64,000 nt of DNA from a virus (taxonomy: Duplodnaviria; Caudoviricetes): IMG/VR virus record IMGVR_UViG_3300037067_019204, positions 64,001 through 128,000 of that record, one strand, 5' to 3'. This document shows positions 19,661 to 29,963 of this stretch, piece after piece (positions within the stretch are counted from its first letter, which is position 1; each line of letters begins with the position of its first letter). Made by a program: the position numbers and the translations under genes. The notes beneath the pieces were generated by a model. That model made no database searches and was not told where the DNA came from. It was given only the letters and a program-made list of their open reading frames with translations.

Positions 19661-20224
19661 TTGGGGATGTTATTCCTTGGTTTAGACCTATCTCCCACAG
19701 CAAGTGGCGTAATTTTAATTAATGAAAATTACGAAAGAGTTAAGGAAACTGTTCTTTCCACTCCTAAAATAGGGGTGGAAAGACTTTATTTTTTAGAAAA
19801 TCAATTTAAAAACTTTATTAAAGACTATATAAAAGATATAAAACTTGTATGCGTTGAATCCCCCGCTTATGGTGTAAGTGAGGGAAATTTGGTGCTTATA
19901 GGGCAATGGTTAGGTATAGTGGAATTAAATTTATTTAAATCAAATCTTGATTTTATACCCGCTGCTCCCTCTCAAGTAAAAAAATACCTTTTAGGTATTG
20001 GAAGAGGAGAAAAAAATTTAATGCTTTTAAAAGCATATAAAACTTATGGGGAAGAGTTTGACAGTGATGATATTTGTGATGCTTATGTATTAGCTAGAAT
20101 TGCCCGTGATTATTACTTTTCTTTTATATTAAAAGATGATACTCAATATAAAAAATTTGAAAAAGAAGTTCTTGATAAAATACGTAAATCAATACTTTTA
20201 AGTATGTCTGGAACTACAATATGA
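19661..20224 (+). CDS. RuvC-like Holliday junction resolvase
   Basis: LGLDLSPTASG, CVES, PSQVKKY...G.G.K, DDICDAY. Confidence 0.8.
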   Translation: MGMLFLGLDLSPTASGVILINENYERVKETVLSTPKIGVERLYFLENQFKNFIKDYIKDIKLVCVESPAYGVSEGNLVLIGQWLGIVELNLFKSNLDFIPAAPSQVKKYLLGIGRGEKNLMLLKAYKTYGEEFDSDDICDAYVLARIARDYYFSFILKDDTQYKKFEKEVLDKIRKSILLSMSGTTI

Positions 20225-22773
20225 ATATAGAAAAAATAAGAAGCATACCAAGAAATATTCGAGTAGATATTAGAAAAAAGCTACTTGATGAACAATTTAG
20301 TAATAAATATTGCAAAAAATGTGGATTGTATAATAAAGTTATAAATCCATATTTAGAGGGCAGAGGAAATAAAAATTCAAAATTATTAATTCTTGGGGAG
20401 GCTCCAGCAGAAAATGAAGATATACAAGGACAACCCTTTGTTGGAAGATCTGGCCAAATTCTGCAAGATAGAATAAATAAATTTAGTATAGATTGTTATA
20501 TAAGTAATGCTGTACGATGTCGTCCGACAGACACACAAGGTAAAAATAGAAAACCGACTCCGACAGAGATAAAATGTTGCTATCCGTTTACTATAAAATT
20601 AATTAAAGAAATAAAACCTAAAGTTATTTTAACTTTAGGTAATATTCCAACAAATCAAATTCTTAATAATAATCTTGGGATAACAGTTTGTCGTGGGAAG
20701 AAATTTTATCATTCAGAATTGGGGGCTTATGTAATACCAACATATCACCCATCTTATTTGGCACGAACTAATGATCATATATTATATTCCCAATTTGAAG
20801 AAGATTTAAATTTAGCAAATTCTTTAATTTATTCTACTCCTGTAAGAACAGTACAAGCAAAACCAAAATCTTTGGTAGATCCTATTGAGATAAAAGATTA
20901 TTTAACTTCTATTCTTTCTAAGACAGCAGTGGCTGTTGACTTAGAAACAACAGGGCTTGATTCTAAAGTTGATAGAATAACAGATATTTCTTTTTGTTAT
21001 GAAATAGGTAAGGGTATTCATATAAAATGGGAAAATGTTATTCCTCATATGGAGTTATTAAAAGAAGTTATGGCTTCGTCTGTTGATAAAGTAGGTCATA
21101 ATTTTACTTTTGATAAAGAATTTTTAGAATCTGTTGGGATTAAAGTTAATGGATTTAAATTTGATACTATGTTAGCAGAACATACTCTAACAATGAGTAT
21201 GGAAGGAAAAGAAATAAATGGTTTATACAAGCTTAAAACAATGGCATGGTACTATACTAATTGTGGTGGTTACGAGTCTGTTTTAGGTGAGGGTGGTATA
21301 AAAGCTATCATAAAACCAAAAGCAGCGAAAAAATCAAAAAAAGAATTAATGGAAGATGTGGAAAGTTTTATTAATCCAGAAGAAGCTGAATTGGATGATT
21401 GTTTTTCTTATATAGATTCTGAAAAAGTTAAACGTTTGAATTCTTTAGGCATAGAACCTTTGCCATATTATTCTGCTATGGATGCTGATACAACATATAA
21501 AATTTATTTAAAACAAAAACCTTTAATAGATAAAGATTATTCTTTTATTTATAATGAGATTATAATTCCATTAGCTCCTGTTTTGAATAAAATGAAAATG
21601 AATGGAATTAAGCTTGATTTAGATTATATGAATAAAGTTTTTGATGAAAATGTAAAAGAAGCATCGGAATTAGAAGCTGATATTTATAAAAAAGCAAAAA
21701 GAAAGTTTGATATAGACTCTCCTCAACAATTATCAGAGATTATTTTTAAAGTTTTTAAAGTAAAACCAAATGATGATTACAAGACACCAAAAGGTGCATA
21801 TTCTGTAGATGTAGAAGCAATTAAATTTTATAGCAAAAAAAATAAAAATCTTGAAAGAATTGTAGAGTATAGAAAACTTAATAAACAAAATTCTACTTAT
21901 ATAACGGGATTTAAGAAATTTATGGATGAGAGCACTCATAGAGTGCATGCAAGCTATCTCCAGCATTCTACAGCTACAGGTAGGCTTAGTTGTATAAATC
22001 CTCCTGTGCAAACTATTCCCAAAGATAACAAGATAAGGAATATGATTATTCCTAGTGAGGGAAATAAACTTTTAGTTTCTGACCTTTCCCAGATAGAATT
22101 AAGAATTTTAGCTATGTTGAGTAAAGATTCAAATATGATAGAAGCTTTTAACTCAGGTATGGACTTTCATTCAACAACAGCATGCAAAATGTTTAATATA
22201 GATCCAAATATATTTGATAAAAAAAATAATCCAAAACATGCTTCTGCAAGAGATGCAAGTAAAACTATAAATTTTGGGATAGTTTATGGTCAATCTGCAT
22301 ATGCATTGGCTGATTCCTTAAAAATTGATGTTAAAGAAGCTCAAGGGTTTATAGATACTTGGTTTAGAACATATCCAAATATACAAAGATGGATGAATGG
22401 TGTTATTGCATTTACAAGACGCAATGGTTATATAGAAACTTTATATGGGAGAAGACGTTGGTTGCCAATGATTCATTCTTCTGATAAGAAGATACAATCT
22501 GCGGCTGAAAGAAGGGCAATAAATACAGTTGTACAGTCTTCGGCAGGAGATATTAATAATATAGCTTTAATAAGAGCACAGAAATGGATAGACGATACAA
22601 ATAAAAAATCTATGCTTGTGGCGGCTGTTCATGATAGTATATTAATTGATGCTGTTCCTGAAGAAGTTGAAGAAATATCCATTAAAATTATGGAATTCCA
22701 AACCAAAGATATTCCTAGAATTACAGTTCCTTTGGTTTCAGATGTGCAAATATTAGACAGATGGGAAAAATAA
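20221..22773 (+). CDS. polA: Family-4 uracil-DNA-glycosylase domain fused to family A DNA polymerase (3'-5' exo + pol)
   Basis: UDG: CxxC, GEAP, PFVGRSG, CRP, YHPSY. Exo: DLETTG, HNFTFD, YSAMDAD. Pol: TGRLS, DLSQIELR, KTINFGIVYG, VHDS. Confidence 0.92.
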   Translation: MNIEKIRSIPRNIRVDIRKKLLDEQFSNKYCKKCGLYNKVINPYLEGRGNKNSKLLILGEAPAENEDIQGQPFVGRSGQILQDRINKFSIDCYISNAVRCRPTDTQGKNRKPTPTEIKCCYPFTIKLIKEIKPKVILTLGNIPTNQILNNNLGITVCRGKKFYHSELGAYVIPTYHPSYLARTNDHILYSQFEEDLNLANSLIYSTPVRTVQAKPKSLVDPIEIKDYLTSILSKTAVAVDLETTGLDSKVDRITDISFCYEIGKGIHIKWENVIPHMELLKEVMASSVDKVGHNFTFDKEFLESVGIKVNGFKFDTMLAEHTLTMSMEGKEINGLYKLKTMAWYYTNCGGYESVLGEGGIKAIIKPKAAKKSKKELMEDVESFINPEEAELDDCFSYIDSEKVKRLNSLGIEPLPYYSAMDADTTYKIYLKQKPLIDKDYSFIYNEIIIPLAPVLNKMKMNGIKLDLDYMNKVFDENVKEASELEADIYKKAKRKFDIDSPQQLSEIIFKVFKVKPNDDYKTPKGAYSVDVEAIKFYSKKNKNLERIVEYRKLNKQNSTYITGFKKFMDESTHRVHASYLQHSTATGRLSCINPPVQTIPKDNKIRNMIIPSEGNKLLVSDLSQIELRILAMLSKDSNMIEAFNSGMDFHSTTACKMFNIDPNIFDKKNNPKHASARDASKTINFGIVYGQSAYALADSLKIDVKEAQGFIDTWFRTYPNIQRWMNGVIAFTRRNGYIETLYGRRRWLPMIHSSDKKIQSAAERRAINTVVQSSAGDINNIALIRAQKWIDDTNKKSMLVAAVHDSILIDAVPEEVEEISIKIMEFQTKDIPRITVPLVSDVQILDRWEK

Positions 22774-22790
22774 AAAATAGGAGAAACATA

Positions 22791-24161
22791 ATGAAGAACA
22801 ATGAATTGCCAGATATTGCAAAAGAGATTAATAAAAAAGCAAAAACTACAAAAATAACAACCTTGGATAGGGCTGTTTCTTTCAAGTTAAAAAGATTTTT
22901 TAGTGGGAGTTTAACTGTTGATGATTTAACCGGGGGAGGATATGCATATCGTCGTATTCATTTACTCTTTGGGCAAAAAAGTAGTGGAAAGAATGCTGAG
23001 TTAAATCAAATGATTGCATACAATCAAAGGATATGTAGGCATTGCCATAAAATTCTTCCTGAGTTTTGGGATAGTGATGAGAGACATGCAATTTTTTTGA
23101 GGCATGTGTTACAAATACCTAAGTGTAATTGTAGGGAGTCTGTTGGAAAAATATTTTTAATTGAAGATTATGAAAAGTCATTGGAGATTACTGATCCAAG
23201 AGTTGTTGTAATACGTGATTATTTTCTTAAAGAGACCAAACAAGAAATTGACGAAGAAGAATATTTTAATTTAGTTAGAGAACGTGATCGTTTAACAAAA
23301 TTGGAAAATTTAAATGATGCTGAAAAAGCTGGAATAGAAAAGATAGAAAAACAAATAGAAAATATAGAAATTTCAGAAAATGAGGTATTACAAAAACCTG
23401 TTACTGATTATTTGGTTGATTGTGGTGTTCTTATTGATAGATTGTTGGTGGCCGACCCAGAAGACACAGAGGAGGGAATTGAAATCACAAGAGATATGAT
23501 AAAAGATAAGGGGGCTGATGGTATTATTTGGGATTCAATCCAAGCTGCAATTCCGAAATATGTAAAAGCTAAGGAAGCAGACGAAGATACAATGGGAAAG
23601 GAGGCCAAGCAAAACGCTCTTTTGCTTCGTCATATTTGTAGTGCTTTTGCAGCAAAAGATCTTGAAGATGAATCAGAAGCATATAGACCTGCTGTTTTTA
23701 TTACAAGTCAAATGAGATCTAATTTGGGGTCATTTCATGCACAGGATTCATATAGTGGTGGGAATGCACTTAAACATCATACCAGTCTTGCTTTAGAGTT
23801 AAAAAGGGAACAGTTTTTAACCAGTGAAGGAGAAAAAGCTAAAACTAGTGGTAATGATAAAGATGTATTCTATGGGCAAGAAATACGCATTAGGGCAGAA
23901 AAAAATAAATTGGCTGCTCCGGGGGATTTATATACATATGATTATTATTTTAGAAAAGGAGATAAGTTTTCTATTGGTGAAATAGATCATGTAAAAGAAC
24001 TTTTCACTTTGGGAACCACCTATAATATAATAGAAAAAGCAGGAGCACACTATAAAACACTTGGTCAAGACTTTCATGGAAAAGATGCTTTATTTGAGTT
24101 TTTTAGGGCTAATCCAGAATTTATGGGAAGAGTTTATTCAAAAATAAGAGCGAGGTTCTAA
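22791..24161 (+). CDS. recA: RecA/UvsX-like recombinase with large insertions
   Basis: SGSL..D...GGG, P-loop GQKSSGKN, IIWDS, SQMR, SGGNALKH, KNK, GAHY; AGGAGA RBS before ATG 22791. Confidence 0.8.
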   Translation: MKNNELPDIAKEINKKAKTTKITTLDRAVSFKLKRFFSGSLTVDDLTGGGYAYRRIHLLFGQKSSGKNAELNQMIAYNQRICRHCHKILPEFWDSDERHAIFLRHVLQIPKCNCRESVGKIFLIEDYEKSLEITDPRVVVIRDYFLKETKQEIDEEEYFNLVRERDRLTKLENLNDAEKAGIEKIEKQIENIEISENEVLQKPVTDYLVDCGVLIDRLLVADPEDTEEGIEITRDMIKDKGADGIIWDSIQAAIPKYVKAKEADEDTMGKEAKQNALLLRHICSAFAAKDLEDESEAYRPAVFITSQMRSNLGSFHAQDSYSGGNALKHHTSLALELKREQFLTSEGEKAKTSGNDKDVFYGQEIRIRAEKNKLAAPGDLYTYDYYFRKGDKFSIGEIDHVKELFTLGTTYNIIEKAGAHYKTLGQDFHGKDALFEFFRANPEFMGRVYSKIRARF

Positions 24162-24164
24162 AAA

Positions 24165-24386
24165 ATGATTTGTGATTGGTTTAAAGTTGAATGCGATTCA
24201 AGTTTTTGTGGTTGCAATAGAACAAGAGAAATAGAATCTCTTTTGAAGGAAGTATTTCATGAATTAAAAATAATTGCTTCATATAAAAATGATAGTAGAA
24301 TGAATTTTGGTTTAAAAACAACTGCTATTGCATATGATAAACTATGTGATAGAATAAAAGAGGTTATTAAAGTAGATGAACAATAA
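24165..24386 (+). CDS. Hypothetical protein
   Basis: 73-aa ORF in operon. Confidence 0.55.
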   Translation: MICDWFKVECDSSFCGCNRTREIESLLKEVFHELKIIASYKNDSRMNFGLKTTAIAYDKLCDRIKEVIKVDEQ

Positions 24387-24873
24387 AAAGGTATCAAAAA
24401 GAAGAGAACAATCGGCGGCTAAAGATGTGAAAGGTAGATCCCATGTGGGATCAGGAAATACATGGTTTCGAAAAGCTGATTTTTCTGATGACGATGATAT
24501 CTTATATGAGGATAAATTTGTTAATGATAAGTCATATAGACTAGCCCTTCCAATTTTAACTAAGCTTGAGTCACAGGCAAAAAAGATTGGCAAAATACCT
24601 GTACTCAGGTTTGGTTTTATGCCTTGGAATATAAATTATGCTGTTTTGAGAGAATGTGATTGTTCTCATGTTGCTGAAAAAGATTTGACACACAGGCACA
24701 TATTATTGTTAGATACAGATAAAAAAAGTATGATGTTAAAATTAGATTTTCTTAGAGAACTTTATTTATCTCCTGATTCTGGAATTTTATTATTATGTGT
24801 TTCCTTTGGTGAAAAGGGATATTATGTTTTACAATGGGAGTCTTTTGTAGAACATAAAAAAGAATTTTGTTGA
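24376..24873 (+). CDS. PD-(D/E)xK nuclease (Hjc-like resolvase family)
   Basis: RREQ..AK...G....GSG......D......YEDK. Confidence 0.6.
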   Translation: MNNKKVSKRREQSAAKDVKGRSHVGSGNTWFRKADFSDDDDILYEDKFVNDKSYRLALPILTKLESQAKKIGKIPVLRFGFMPWNINYAVLRECDCSHVAEKDLTHRHILLLDTDKKSMMLKLDFLRELYLSPDSGILLLCVSFGEKGYYVLQWESFVEHKKEFC

Positions 24874-24906
24874 TAAAAAAGTAAAAAACAAAAAAGGATT
24901 ACTGTT

Positions 24907-25626
24907 ATGCCAAAATGTACAATTTGCAATGATTCTACATTTATTAGAAAAGTAGTGGATGGAGAAGAAATTTGGGTTCCCTGTGAATGTCGTAGGAAAA
25001 AAGATGCAGAAATGATTATGGAATCACGGCTTACTCATGCAAATATAAGAAAAAGTTTGCGTGGGTACACTTTTGATGATTATTTAAAACTTGCTAATAA
25101 TTTTTCCCCAACAGTTAAAGCTTTTAATGAGCCAAGAATTAATATTCTTAAATCTTTTATTAATAATCCAAAAGAATTTTTAGAAAAGAAACAAGTTATT
25201 TTGTTGTATGGAAATGAAGAAAATAGTGGTCATACAACACTTGCGGTTATTTTAGGCATTGAACTTCTTAAAATAGGTTACAAAGTTCGTTATATTGAAA
25301 TGCAACAACTAATAGATGCTTTTGTTCAATTTGACGGTAAAAATACTTATTTTGATGAACTAGCAAAATTTAATGTTTATATTATTGATGATGCATTCGA
25401 TGACACTAGAACTATAGCAAAAGGAAAATATACTCAGGTTCATTTATACCAATTTATTAATACTGCATTAAATGATGGTAAACATTTTATAATGACTTCT
25501 AATGTTCCAGTAAATCAAATTTCTTCAGAATATGAACAATGTAAACTAATATTACAACGTTCTTTATCACAAATTGAACTACATGGTTCTTTGACTACTT
25601 TATTAGAAAAGGGTGATCTAGTATAG
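24907..25626 (+). CDS. DnaC/IstB-like helicase loader with degenerate Walker A
   Basis: CTIC...PCEC Zn site, YTFDDY, LLYGNEENSGHTT, IIDD Walker B, MTSN; upstream of DnaB. Confidence 0.7.
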   Translation: MPKCTICNDSTFIRKVVDGEEIWVPCECRRKKDAEMIMESRLTHANIRKSLRGYTFDDYLKLANNFSPTVKAFNEPRINILKSFINNPKEFLEKKQVILLYGNEENSGHTTLAVILGIELLKIGYKVRYIEMQQLIDAFVQFDGKNTYFDELAKFNVYIIDDAFDDTRTIAKGKYTQVHLYQFINTALNDGKHFIMTSNVPVNQISSEYEQCKLILQRSLSQIELHGSLTTLLEKGDLV

Positions 25627-25679
25627 ATTATTATTATGGTTTTTAAAATTGTTGTATTAATTTTAAATTAAAAAAATAT

Positions 25680-26819
25680 ATGGCAAGAAAGACAACTCAA
25701 CAATTTATTATTGATGCTAATAAAATACACAATAATTTTTATAATTATGAGAGGGTTGTGTATATAAATAGTAAAACAAAAGTTTTAATAAAGTGTCCTA
25801 AACATGGATTATTTTCTCAAGAACCCCAATCTCATTTAGATGGAAAAGGGTGCCGACAATGTTCTATAGAAAGAACGAAGGTTAGGTGTAGACTTACTTT
25901 AGGTAAAGTAAAAGAACGTTGTAAATCCATAAATTTGGAATTTTTAGATACTCATTATATTAATAATACAACTTTATTTAAGGTGAAATGTAATATTTGT
26001 GGATGGGAAGGATTTATTGCACTTAATAGTATTTCTCGTAGGTTAGGATGTCCTAAATGTTCTCAAGGATTGGGGGAACGTATATGTCGAGAATATTTTG
26101 AGCAAATATTCAAAAAATCTTTTCCTTCATGTTTTCCAAAATGGTTAGGGGGTCTTCAATTAGATGGATACAATGAAGAATTGGGGATTGCCTTTGAGCA
26201 TCAAGGAAGACAGCATTATAAAATAGGATCTATTTTTAGCAAAAATAAAAGAATATTTAAGAATATACAAAAAAGAGACAATATAAAAAAAGATTTGTGT
26301 ATAAAAAATAATATAAAGCTTTTTATAATTCCAGAAATTCCTTTATTTACTAAAATAAATGATATTAAAGATGAAATAAAAAATCAATCAATAAATTTAG
26401 GTATTATACTTCCTTTAGATTTTAATGATATTATTATTGATACTTCAAAAGTATATAACCCCAATGATATTAGTAGATTAAATGAACAAAAAATAATAGC
26501 TCAATCTAAAAATGGAGTATGCTTGTCAAATGAATGGCTTGGTTGGTCAACTAAATTATTATATAAATGTGATAAAAACCACGAATTCTGGGCTACACCT
26601 TTTAATATAAAATTTAATAGAAAATGGTGCAGAAAATGTAGTATTAGCAAATATAGAAGAAAATCTGTTCTACAATATGATCTTCAAGGAAATTTTATAA
26701 AAAAGTACGAGTCTATTTTAGAAGCTGAAAAAAAAGTGGGTGTTGGGGGAATTACTTACTGTTGTAAAGGAGAGAGGAGAAGTGTTGGTGGATTTATTTG
26801 GAAATATTGTGTGGAATAA
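25680..26819 (+). CDS. Free-standing homing endonuclease (Zn ribbons + PD-(D/E)xK/Vsr-like + NUMOD1)
   Basis: CPKHG...GCRQC, GCPKC, GE..CR, LDGYN...AFEHQG.QH, C-terminal VLQYDLQG...GGFIWKY. Confidence 0.75.
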   Translation: MARKTTQQFIIDANKIHNNFYNYERVVYINSKTKVLIKCPKHGLFSQEPQSHLDGKGCRQCSIERTKVRCRLTLGKVKERCKSINLEFLDTHYINNTTLFKVKCNICGWEGFIALNSISRRLGCPKCSQGLGERICREYFEQIFKKSFPSCFPKWLGGLQLDGYNEELGIAFEHQGRQHYKIGSIFSKNKRIFKNIQKRDNIKKDLCIKNNIKLFIIPEIPLFTKINDIKDEIKNQSINLGIILPLDFNDIIIDTSKVYNPNDISRLNEQKIIAQSKNGVCLSNEWLGWSTKLLYKCDKNHEFWATPFNIKFNRKWCRKCSISKYRRKSVLQYDLQGNFIKKYESILEAEKKVGVGGITYCCKGERRSVGGFIWKYCVE

Positions 26820-26838
26820 AATTTAATAGGGGTAGTGT

Positions 26839-28308
26839 ATGCCAAATCCTTTAGCACAAATTGGGGAATTAAGTATTGATAATGATAACGAAGCTTTATT
26901 AATATCTAATGCAATAAAAGATTTAAATAATAGAGAACTATTTTCTAGAAAAATTGATTATAGAGAATTTCGTTTGGATGAATTTAAAACAATAGCTTTT
27001 GCTATAAAAAATATCCATGATCAAAAACTTGATATGAACACGGATATGATTCTTTTGCAAGCAAAAAGATGCCCTGTTCGTAAAATTCCTGATTTTAAAT
27101 TTATAGAAGATATTATTAGTAATTTTAGTGTTGTTCCTCAAAATAACTTTGAAGTTCATATACAAAAATTAAAAACAGATTCTATTAGATCTTTATTAGT
27201 TGATAGAATTTTTAATTCATTATATAGGTCATTAATGGACCCAAAATGTGAGCTACGAGATATAGAATTACGTATTAATTCTTTAAAAGAAATTGTTGAT
27301 ACTGGTAAATCAGCAACTTATTGTAATTTTAAATCTATGGAAGAAGTAATGCAGGATTATATTGAAATGAGAAATAAAGGTATAAGTAAACGACTTAGTG
27401 GTTTTAATATTCTTGATAAAAAATTAACACAGGGTTTATTTGATCAACAAATATCTGTTTTAGCTGCATATCAATCTATGGGAAAGTCAAGTTTTGCATT
27501 ATCTCAAATGAATAACCTATCTCATTTAGGAATTTTTACTGCTATGTTTGCATTAGAAATGAATAATATGTCTTTGGCTCAAAAATTATTGTCTTTTAAT
27601 ACTTATTTGCCTTTAAAACAAATTACTTCTGAGTGGAATAATTTTACACCTGTAGAAAAACGAACTTATGAGTTTGAGATTGAGCGTTTAATTCGTAATA
27701 GGAATATTTATCTTAGTGATAAACCCGCAGTATCTTTAAATGAAGCCCGTGAGCAAATAATGATTCTTCAAGATAGATTACAAGAACAATATATTGTAGT
27801 ATATTTTGATTTATTTGGTAAAATAAGAGATTTTCAAAACTCTGATAATTTTGCCCGTGATTATGAAAATAGATTAAATACTGTACAAATTATGGCTAGG
27901 GAATTGGGTGTGCATATTTGTTTAGTAGCTCAAATTTTACGTTCTGTGATGAATAGAAAATTTAAACGACCAACTCTTTCTGACCTTAAAAATACTTCTG
28001 CTTTAGCCGAAGTAGCAGATTTAGTTATTGGTATACACAGACCTTTTTTTGATTTAGAAGTGGCATTAAAGGAGCAATATACTCATCAATCTTCTTCAAA
28101 TGGAGAAAATCTTATTCATGAAGATCCTGATAGAAACTTAGGAGAAATAATTATTTTAAAACAACGAATGGGAGAAGTAAACTGTGTTTTAAACTTTTTA
28201 TTTGATCCTCATACTACTCGTTTTAGTGCAATAGAAGAAAGTTATCAAAATGAACTTAATGCCACTAAGTTTATATCTGAAGATGAAGATTTTGCTGTAG
28301 AAGCATGA
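26839..28308 (+). CDS. dnaB: DnaB-like replicative helicase
   Basis: SGF..LD, AYQSMGKS Walker A, ALEM, VAQI.R, RPTLSDLK....LAEVAD, KQRMGE. Confidence 0.88.
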   Translation: MPNPLAQIGELSIDNDNEALLISNAIKDLNNRELFSRKIDYREFRLDEFKTIAFAIKNIHDQKLDMNTDMILLQAKRCPVRKIPDFKFIEDIISNFSVVPQNNFEVHIQKLKTDSIRSLLVDRIFNSLYRSLMDPKCELRDIELRINSLKEIVDTGKSATYCNFKSMEEVMQDYIEMRNKGISKRLSGFNILDKKLTQGLFDQQISVLAAYQSMGKSSFALSQMNNLSHLGIFTAMFALEMNNMSLAQKLLSFNTYLPLKQITSEWNNFTPVEKRTYEFEIERLIRNRNIYLSDKPAVSLNEAREQIMILQDRLQEQYIVVYFDLFGKIRDFQNSDNFARDYENRLNTVQIMARELGVHICLVAQILRSVMNRKFKRPTLSDLKNTSALAEVADLVIGIHRPFFDLEVALKEQYTHQSSSNGENLIHEDPDRNLGEIIILKQRMGEVNCVLNFLFDPHTTRFSAIEESYQNELNATKFISEDEDFAVEA

Positions 28309-29264
28309 TAAAAGTATCAGACATATTAAATGATATAGGGATTCCTTATAAAGAAGCTGGGAATAGCTATAAAGTAAAATGTTGGTTTCATGATGAAACT
28401 AAACCTTCTATGAGTATTCATAGAGAAATTGGTATGTATCATTGTTTTTCTTGCCATGAAAGTGGTAATATATTTAAACTTATAGATCATCATTTGAATT
28501 TAACAGGTATTGAGGCATTAAAATACTTAAGTAAACTTTCATCTGGAGGTAATTCAGATGAAGATAAATTCGAAGTAGCAAAACAAAGTTTATTAAAAAG
28601 AACATTAGTGAAAAGAGAAGAAACACCAATTGTAGAAATTCCTGCTTATTCTAAATTAGAATCTCATCCTTATTTAAGGAATAGGGGATTTTCATCAAAA
28701 GAAGTGCAAGAATGGGAAATGGGACAAGTGACTGTTTCTCCACACAAAGGATGGATTATAATACCAATATATCAAAATGGGATTTTAAGAAATTTCTTTT
28801 TAAGAAATCCTTCTGGAAGTAATAAGTTATATGGTAAATACCCAAGAAAAGATATTCTTTTTGGTATTGAATCTGCTGACGATTCTGAACAACCTATCTA
28901 CATAGTAGAAGGTATTTTTGATATGATTGCTTTGCGAAGGACTGGGGTGCAAGCAATAGCCGCACTATCTAATCGTTTATATGAATCTAAAGGAAATGAT
29001 GTATTACAAATAGAAAAATTAAAAATATATAAAAAAGTGATCATTGTTCCAGATAACGATCCTAGCCCTAATAAACCGGGATTTCAGTTAGTTAAAGATG
29101 CATTAGCTCTTATTAATTCAACAGAAGTTGGGGTTTGTCAAGTTCCTAATCATCGTAAAGACACAGCAGATTGTACATTAGATGAATTGAAACAAACAAT
29201 AGGTAATGAAATGAATATTATTGATTTTATAATAAAAGAAAGAGGTAAGTGTAATGGAACTTAG
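28305..29264 (+). CDS. dnaG: DnaG-like primase
   Basis: CHC2 finger (CWFH...PS...HCFSC), TOPRIM VEGIFD and PDND. Confidence 0.88.
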   Translation: MIKVSDILNDIGIPYKEAGNSYKVKCWFHDETKPSMSIHREIGMYHCFSCHESGNIFKLIDHHLNLTGIEALKYLSKLSSGGNSDEDKFEVAKQSLLKRTLVKREETPIVEIPAYSKLESHPYLRNRGFSSKEVQEWEMGQVTVSPHKGWIIIPIYQNGILRNFFLRNPSGSNKLYGKYPRKDILFGIESADDSEQPIYIVEGIFDMIALRRTGVQAIAALSNRLYESKGNDVLQIEKLKIYKKVIIVPDNDPSPNKPGFQLVKDALALINSTEVGVCQVPNHRKDTADCTLDELKQTIGNEMNIIDFIIKERGKCNGT

Positions 29265-29466
29265 AGCCATGAAGTCAACAAATATTGCCCAAGTTGGGTA
29301 TGATGAAAGTACAAAAGTTCTTAGAGTTATATTTAATAGCGGTTCTATGTATGATTATTTTGATGTAGACCCACAAACATATAGGTTTTTACTTCAATCA
29401 CCTTCAAAAGGTGGGTTTTTTCATAAATATATTAAAAATAACTTTAGATGCGAAAAAGTTGAATAA
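29254..29466 (+). CDS. KTSC-domain protein
   Basis: STNIAQVGYD...LRVIF..G..YDY..V........SPSKG.FF. Confidence 0.88.
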   Translation: MELRAMKSTNIAQVGYDESTKVLRVIFNSGSMYDYFDVDPQTYRFLLQSPSKGGFFHKYIKNNFRCEKVE

Positions 29467-29480
29467 TATATAAAATATTA

Positions 29481-29508
29481 TTGACAATTATATTACATAT
29501 ATTAATAT
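29481..29508 (+). promoter_or_regulatory. sigma70-type promoter
   Basis: TTGACA-N16-TAATAT upstream of 29536. Confidence 0.45.
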
Positions 29509-29535
29509 ATCCTTAGATTGTAATGGGATACAAAA

Positions 29536-29961
29536 ATGAAGATAAAAATAAAAGTAGATGAGTTAGAACCAACATTAGATTCCTTAATTAAAGAAGAACT
29601 GGCAAGAATGGGATTGCCCACTTGTTTTGGTAATATGGTTCCTCCAATTTTAAAACGTATTATTGATGTTGATATAGAAAGTGTTTTTGAGGAAAGAGAA
29701 CTCACACCGCAAGAACAAATAAAACAGAATGATGTTTTATCATTTGTTGCGGGGGATTCATTTGTTGCAAGAGAAAAAGTCTTGACTCAAAAAGGAATAG
29801 ATTTCATAAATGCATACAAAAAAGAAAGAATGAATACATATGTGCAACAACTGGCAAAGTGTGCATCTTGTGAATTTCAAAATGTATGTTATAGGCTAAC
29901 AGATAACTATTTAAAAGTTATATCAAGATTAGATGATAGTGATAAAAAGAAAAGGGGGTAA
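29536..29961 (+). CDS. Hypothetical protein
   Basis: 141 aa; CFG...CASC....C possible metal site. Confidence 0.65.
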   Translation: MKIKIKVDELEPTLDSLIKEELARMGLPTCFGNMVPPILKRIIDVDIESVFEERELTPQEQIKQNDVLSFVAGDSFVAREKVLTQKGIDFINAYKKERMNTYVQQLAKCASCEFQNVCYRLTDNYLKVISRLDDSDKKKRG

Positions 29962-29963
29962 CT

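Noticed and set aside
19661-20224. RuvC protein as a possible TnpB/Cas12 effector for the array
   Set aside because: 187 aa, contiguous resolvase-type RuvC in the replication operon, with no WED/REC region or Zn finger.
8891-26819. Group I introns around the two homing endonuclease genes
   Set aside because: Flanking genes (nrdJ, loader, dnaB) look complete and the gaps are too short for a ribozyme core; treated as free-standing.
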